DNA of 32,000 nt from Breznakia sp. PF5-3 (GTDB lineage: Bacteria > Bacillota_I > Bacilli_A > Erysipelotrichales > Erysipelotrichaceae): contig NZ_JAQFIQ010000004.1 of NCBI RefSeq assembly GCF_029504745.1, forward strand, positions 30,001-62,000. The letters are read 5' to 3'. Made by a program: the position numbers and the translations under genes. Shown here one piece after another: positions 27,392-32,000 of the stretch. Under the pieces are notes generated by a model. The model saw nothing but the letters and a program-made list of their open reading frames with translations. It did not search any database and was not told the origin of the DNA. Numbering within the stretch: the stretch's first letter is position 1; every line of letters begins with the position of its first letter.

Positions 27392-28148
27392 TTTAATAAA
27401 AGCAGATTTATATCGCTTATTTAAAACAAAAAGCTATTATGTAGTAGGAGCAATCTTAGTATTCTTTATTCTAACTTTGATGTATTCTTTAGGAGATATG
27501 ATCAATTCAGGAATAACTACAGAACAATTTGATTATGGATTTGACATTCATAACCCACAATTGATTGATTTATTATATAACGTATTTATGAATACAGTAT
27601 TACCAATGATTATTGGTATTGGAGCAGCAATGTATGTCTGTACAGATTACAGTAGTGGATATATTAAAAATATTGCTTCAAGTGTAAATAACAAAGCCAC
27701 AATTGCCTTATCAAAGTTTATTACGATGATAATAGGAGTAACTATATATTTCATTCTCATGATTTTACTGACTTACATTTTAGGAACACTGTTTATTGGC
27801 AATGTGGATATTGGTGATGTAGGAGCAATATTACAATATACAGGGATGTCCCTTTTCCTTAACTTGGTAATTATTGCCCTAGTGATTTTAGCAGCTAGCT
27901 TCTTAAGAAGCAGTGCTGCTACGATCACATTAATCGTAGTAGTTGTGATGACAGCGCAATTAGGATATCAAGCACTTGATCAATTCTTAGGATTGGATTT
28001 AGCAGAATATTCTCCTATTATGAACATTGGATTATTAACACCTGCGAATACAGAATTGTGGGGAACAATGTTAATCAGTGGTGCTGTTTTTATGGCAATT
28101 TATATTGCTGGATCACTTGTTGCGATGGAGAAAAAAGATATTACATAA
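27384..28148 (+). CDS. ABC-2 family transporter permease
   Basis: 254 aa with about 6 TM helices. There is an 8-nt overlap with the upstream ATPase gene (ATGTTTAA). Confidence 0.8.
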   Translation: MFNLIKADLYRLFKTKSYYVVGAILVFFILTLMYSLGDMINSGITTEQFDYGFDIHNPQLIDLLYNVFMNTVLPMIIGIGAAMYVCTDYSSGYIKNIASSVNNKATIALSKFITMIIGVTIYFILMILLTYILGTLFIGNVDIGDVGAILQYTGMSLFLNLVIIALVILAASFLRSSAATITLIVVVVMTAQLGYQALDQFLGLDLAEYSPIMNIGLLTPANTELWGTMLISGAVFMAIYIAGSLVAMEKKDIT

Positions 28149-28173
28149 AAGAGGTTTTAAACCTCTTTTTTTT
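28148..28173 (+). terminator. Intrinsic terminator of the ABC operon
   Basis: AAAGAGGTT pairs with AACCTCTTT as a near-perfect palindrome around 28157-28159, followed by T8. Confidence 0.7.
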
Positions 28174-28243
28174 GATATAAAGATATAACATAGGATTGAT
28201 AAATAGCTATTATTAAAGGTAATTTGTAGAACAAATGTATATA

Positions 28244-28261
28244 TTGTGAAAAAGTTAACAA
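28244..28261. promoter_or_regulatory. Rex (redox-sensing repressor) operator candidate 1
   Basis: TTGTGAA-AAAG-TTAACAA versus the consensus TTGTGAA-N4-TTCACAA, with one mismatch. It lies just upstream of the adhE -35 box. Confidence 0.6.
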
Positions 28262-28266
28262 AATTC

Positions 28267-28295
28267 TTGATTAACTTATTTTTATATGGTAATAT
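28267..28295 (+). promoter_or_regulatory. adhE sigma-A-type promoter
   Basis: TTGATT (28267-28272), 17-nt spacer, extended -10 TGgTAATAT (28287-28295). Confidence 0.6.
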
Positions 28296-28311
28296 ATTCA
28301 CAACGAAATAG

Positions 28312-28329
28312 TAGTGAAAGTTTTCACAA
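28312..28329. promoter_or_regulatory. Rex operator candidate 2
   Basis: TAGTGAA-AGTT-TTCACAA, with one mismatch to the Rex consensus. It lies between the predicted transcription start and the adhE RBS. Confidence 0.65.
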
Positions 28330-28347
28330 TCGTGCACAGGAGGAATT

Positions 28348-30978
28348 ATGGCAAAAGAAACAAAAGTAGAAAAGACTGAAATTAGTCCAGCTCAAAAAGA
28401 GGTTAATACCTTAGTTGAAAAAGGACTAGTGGCTTTAGAAGCATTTAGACAACTTGATCAAGAAGCAGTCGACTATATTGTTGCAAAAGCAAGTGTGGCG
28501 GCACTTGACCAACATGGGGTGTTGGCAGAAGCAGCAGTAAATGAAACTGGGCGTGGGGTTTTTGAAGATAAAGCAACAAAGAATTTGTTTGCTTGTGAAC
28601 ATGTAATCAACTACATGAGAGATTTAAAAACAGTTGGTGTTATCAACCGTGACGAAGAAGCAGGGATTGTTGAAATTGCAGATCCAGTTGGAGTTGTTTG
28701 TGGAATTGTACCAACAACAAATCCAACATCAACAGCAATTTTCAAATCACTTATTTGTTTGAAAACAAGAAATCCTATTGTTTTCTCTTTTCATCCAAGT
28801 GCTAACCGTTGTTCTCAACAAGCAGCAAAAGTTGTTTATGATGCGGCAGTAGCAGCAGGTGCTCCAGAAAACTGTATCCAATGGATTGATACACCTTCGA
28901 TGGAAGGAACAAATGCTTTAATGAACCATGATGGAATTTCAACAATTCTAGCAACTGGTGGGAATGCAATGGTTCGTGCAGCATATTCATGTGGAAAACC
29001 TGCATTAGGAGTAGGAGCTGGAAATGTTCCTGCATATATTGAGAAAACAGCAAACGTTAAACAAGCAGCAGCAGATATCGTATTATCAAAAGCATTTGAT
29101 AATGGAATGATTTGTGCTTCTGAGCAAGCAGCGATTGTTGATGAAGAAATTTATGAAGAAGTGAAGAAAGAATTTAAAGAGTACCATGCATATTTTGCAA
29201 CAGCAAAAGAAAAAGCGATGTTAGAAGCATTTATGTTTGGTGTAAATAAAGCTAGTGAAGCAGAGAATGCAAAACTGAATCCAAATGTAGTTGGTAAACC
29301 AGCAGCATGGATTGCTGAACAAGCAGGATTTAAAGTTCCTGAAAGAACAAACATTATCTGTGTAGAATGTAAAGAAGTTGGAGTTAAAGAACCATTAACA
29401 AGAGAAAAATTATCTCCTGTATTAGCGTTTATTAAATCAGATAGTACAGAAGATGGTATGAATAAGTCAGAAGCAATGGTTGAATTTAATGGATTGGGTC
29501 ACTCTGCTGCAATTCATACAGCAAGTGAAGAATTATCTGTTGAATTTGGTAAAAAAGTAAAAGCAATTCGTGTTATTTGGAATTCACCATCAACATTTGG
29601 TGGTATTGGTAATGTATATAATGCATTTATTCCTTCATTGACATTAGGTTGTGGATCTTATGGTAGAAACTCAGTAGGTGATAATGTAGGACCAATCAAC
29701 TTGATCAATGTTAAAAAAGTAGGGAGACGTAAAAACAATATGCAATGGTTTAAAGTTCCATCAAAAATCTATTTTGAAAGAGATTCAATTGAATATTTAC
29801 AACAAATGCAAGGTATTAACCGTGCGATGATTGTAACCGATAAAGCTATGGTCGACTTAGGGTTTGTAGATAAGATTACAAAACAATTAGCAGCTAGAGA
29901 TAATAATGTAAAAGTACAATTATTCTGTGATGTAGAACCGGATCCAGATATTACGACAGTAAATAAAGGTGTTGAAATCATGCGTTCTTTTGAACCAGAT
30001 ACAATCATTGCCCTAGGTGGAGGATCTGCAATGGATGCTGCCAAAGGAATGTGGTTATTCTATGAAGCACCAGACGTATGTTTTGATGATTTAAAACAAA
30101 AGTTTATGGATATTCGTAAACGTGCATTTAAATACCCAGAATTAGGAAAGAAAGCAAAAATGGTAAGTATTCCTACAACAAGTGGAACGGGATCAGAGGT
30201 AACTCCATTTGCTGTTATTTCAGATAAAGAAAACAATAAGAAATACCCACTTGCAGATTATGCATTAACACCAAATGTAGCAATCATTGATGCATCTTTC
30301 ACTACAAACTTACCAGCAGTTGTTACAGCGGATACAGGTATGGATGTGTTAACACATGCTACCGAAGCACTTGTTGCTGTATTGGCTAGTGATTATACAG
30401 ATGGATTGGCATTACAAGCAATTCAAATGGTATTTGAATACTTACCTAGAGCTGTGAAGAATGGTAAAAATGATCCAGAAGCACGTGAAAAAATGCATAA
30501 TGCATCAGCAATGGCAGGAATGGCATTTGCAAATGCATTCTTAGGAATGTGTCACTCAATGGCGCATAAGATTGGTGGAGTTCACCACACGCCTCATGGA
30601 CGTACAAATGCAATTTTATTACCATACGTAATTCGTTACAATGGACAAAAACCAGATAAATTACCTGTATGGCCAAAATATAATTACTATAGAGCAGATA
30701 AATTATATGCAAAGGTAGCTCGTTTAATTGGATTAAATGTTAAAGATGATGCTGATGGTGTAGAAAAATTTGCTCAAGCAGTTGAAAAATTGATGAAAGA
30801 AGTTGGCATTGAAAACAACTTTAAAGCACAAGGTATTGAAGAAAAAGCATGGATGGATTCAGTTCATGAAATTGCAATGCTTGCTTATGAGGATCAATGT
30901 TCACCAGCAAACCCAAGATTACCAATCGTTTCTGATATGGAAGAAATCTTGAAAAAAGCTTATAAAGGTGAAAAATAG
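28348..30978 (+). CDS. adhE: Bifunctional acetaldehyde-CoA/alcohol dehydrogenase
   Basis: 876 aa. N-terminal ALDH domain (NGMICASEQ catalytic Cys) plus a C-terminal iron-type ADH domain (GGGSAMDAAK, HSMAHKIGGVHHTPHG). RBS AGGAGG. Confidence 0.95.
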   Translation: MAKETKVEKTEISPAQKEVNTLVEKGLVALEAFRQLDQEAVDYIVAKASVAALDQHGVLAEAAVNETGRGVFEDKATKNLFACEHVINYMRDLKTVGVINRDEEAGIVEIADPVGVVCGIVPTTNPTSTAIFKSLICLKTRNPIVFSFHPSANRCSQQAAKVVYDAAVAAGAPENCIQWIDTPSMEGTNALMNHDGISTILATGGNAMVRAAYSCGKPALGVGAGNVPAYIEKTANVKQAAADIVLSKAFDNGMICASEQAAIVDEEIYEEVKKEFKEYHAYFATAKEKAMLEAFMFGVNKASEAENAKLNPNVVGKPAAWIAEQAGFKVPERTNIICVECKEVGVKEPLTREKLSPVLAFIKSDSTEDGMNKSEAMVEFNGLGHSAAIHTASEELSVEFGKKVKAIRVIWNSPSTFGGIGNVYNAFIPSLTLGCGSYGRNSVGDNVGPINLINVKKVGRRKNNMQWFKVPSKIYFERDSIEYLQQMQGINRAMIVTDKAMVDLGFVDKITKQLAARDNNVKVQLFCDVEPDPDITTVNKGVEIMRSFEPDTIIALGGGSAMDAAKGMWLFYEAPDVCFDDLKQKFMDIRKRAFKYPELGKKAKMVSIPTTSGTGSEVTPFAVISDKENNKKYPLADYALTPNVAIIDASFTTNLPAVVTADTGMDVLTHATEALVAVLASDYTDGLALQAIQMVFEYLPRAVKNGKNDPEAREKMHNASAMAGMAFANAFLGMCHSMAHKIGGVHHTPHGRTNAILLPYVIRYNGQKPDKLPVWPKYNYYRADKLYAKVARLIGLNVKDDADGVEKFAQAVEKLMKEVGIENNFKAQGIEEKAWMDSVHEIAMLAYEDQCSPANPRLPIVSDMEEILKKAYKGEK

Positions 30979-30986
30979 ATAGTTTG

Positions 30987-31016
30987 AAAAGTCTCATTCA
31001 GTATGAGACTTTTTTT
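30987..31016 (+). terminator. adhE intrinsic terminator
   Basis: AAAAGTCTCAT (30987-30997) pairs with ATGAGACTTTT (31003-31013), loop TCAGT, with a T-run to 31016. Confidence 0.8.
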
Positions 31017-31100
31017 GGTTTTCTTTCGTTATTCTTTTGACTAAATTCTATATATATATGTAAATGCATGTGCTATAATATAGGATAAGACGGAGGATAT

Positions 31101-32000
31101 ATGAAGATCTTATTATATTTTGAAAATGAAAAGATGTTGAAAACTTCTGGGATAGGAAGAGCAATGAAACATCAGATGGAAGCATTGGAAAGTCAAGGAA
31201 TAGAGTATACGACAGATCCAGATGCAACGGATTATGATATTCTACATGTGAATACATATATGATTAATAGTTCCCGTCTGATTGCAAAAGCAAAAAAAGA
31301 AGGTAAAAAAGTGGTTGTTCATGCACATAGTACGGAAGAAGATTTTCGTGATTCTTTTGTATTGAGTAATCAGTTGTCACCAATCTTTAAAAAAATCATA
31401 ATGAATGTGTATTCGCAAGGAGACTATATATTGACACCAACTCCTTATTCAAAGAAAATATTAGAAAGTTATGGATTAACACAACCAATTGAAGATATTT
31501 CAAATGGTATTGATATTTGTCGTTTTGATCATGATGAAGAAAAAATAAAAGCATTCCGTAAATATTTTAGTTTAAAAGCGGATGATAAAGTGGTCATCAG
31601 TGTAGGTTTATATTTTGAACGTAAAGGGATTTTAGACTTTGTTGAAGTGGCGAAACAACTTCCAGAATACAAATTTATATGGTTTGGTCATACACCACTG
31701 TATACAATTCCAAAACATATTCGCGATGTGATTCAAGAGGATCATCCAACGAATGTTTTATTTCCAGGATATGTAAAAGGGGCTGTTATTGAAGGTGCTT
31801 TCAGTGGCAGTGATGCTTTCTTTTTTCCTAGTAATGAAGAAACAGAGGGAATTGTTGTATTAGAAGCTTTAGCTTCACACCAAAATGTAATCGTTCGTGA
31901 TATTCCGGTATTTGATCCTTGGTTAGTAGATAAAGTAAATTGCTACAAAGGGAAAGATAATGACGAATTCAAACAGTTAGTAGAGGGTGTTGTGGAAGCA
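31101..32000 (+). CDS. GT4-family glycosyltransferase, 5' partial (runs off the window)
   Basis: Not in the ORF track because there is no stop codon in the window. ATG at 31101 with GGAGGA 5 nt upstream. My translation begins MKILLYFENEKMLKTSGIGRAMKHQ and continues to ...FFFPSNEETEGIVVLEALAS, which contains the GT4 E-x7-E motif. The frame is open for 300 codons. Confidence 0.8.
   Translation, partial: MKILLYFENEKMLKTSGIGRAMKHQMEALESQGIEYTTDPDATDYDILHVNTYMINSSRLIAKAKKEGKKVVVHAHSTEEDFRDSFVLSNQLSPIFKKIIMNVYSQGDYILTPTPYSKKILESYGLTQPIEDISNGIDICRFDHDEEKIKAFRKYFSLKADDKVVISVGLYFERKGILDFVEVAKQLPEYKFIWFGHTPLYTIPKHIRDVIQEDHPTNVLFPGYVKGAVIEGAFSGSDAFFFPSNEETEGIVVLEALASHQNVIVRDIPVFDPWLVDKVNCYKGKDNDEFKQLVEGVVEA

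Overview
This is a low-GC (about one-third G+C by eye), densely coding, Firmicutes-type chromosomal segment. A taxon guess of Clostridia or Erysipelotrichia-like is inference only. I saw no rRNA, tRNA, CRISPR array, transposase or integrase.

Left third (1-8 kb): small minus-strand genes (ACT-domain protein, VOC/glyoxalase, a helical hypothetical, a small membrane protein, a GltD-like Fe-S/FAD oxidoreductase). These are followed by a beta-glucoside-type PTS cluster: GH1 6-phospho-beta-glucosidase, EIIBC, an RpiR regulator and a stand-alone EIIA.

Centre (8.2-17.3 kb): two tandem, very large secreted GH84 (O-GlcNAcase/NagJ-like) multimodular glycosidases of 1348 and 1498 aa. Their catalytic halves are strongly diverged, but their ~470-aa C-terminal FIVAR-repeat stalk and anchor are nearly identical at nucleotide level. 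The first gene is preceded by a promoter, a RAT-like element and a strong terminator.

Right part (17.3-32 kb): an alpha/beta hydrolase with a leader-peptide/alternative-hairpin 5' region, a C_GCAxxG_C_C protein, a WG-repeat lipoprotein and a LysR regulator. Then come an ORF-free 245-bp spacer bracketed by terminators, a vWA surface protein downstream of a sigma-70/ECF-like factor fused to a transmembrane and extracytoplasmic domain, and a MATE exporter. The window ends with a small membrane ORF translationally coupled to an ABC-2 exporter, adhE with two Rex boxes, and the 5' part of a GT4 glycosyltransferase.

The most interesting leads are:
- a shared non-LPXTG C-terminal sorting-like signal on three secreted proteins;
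- the membrane-tethered sigma factor paired with the vWA protein;
- the RAT-like attenuator in front of a secreted GH84;
- the gene-conversion tract between the GH84 paralogs;
- the ermC-style leader upstream of the hydrolase.

All family calls come from reading motifs in the translations. No database search was possible.
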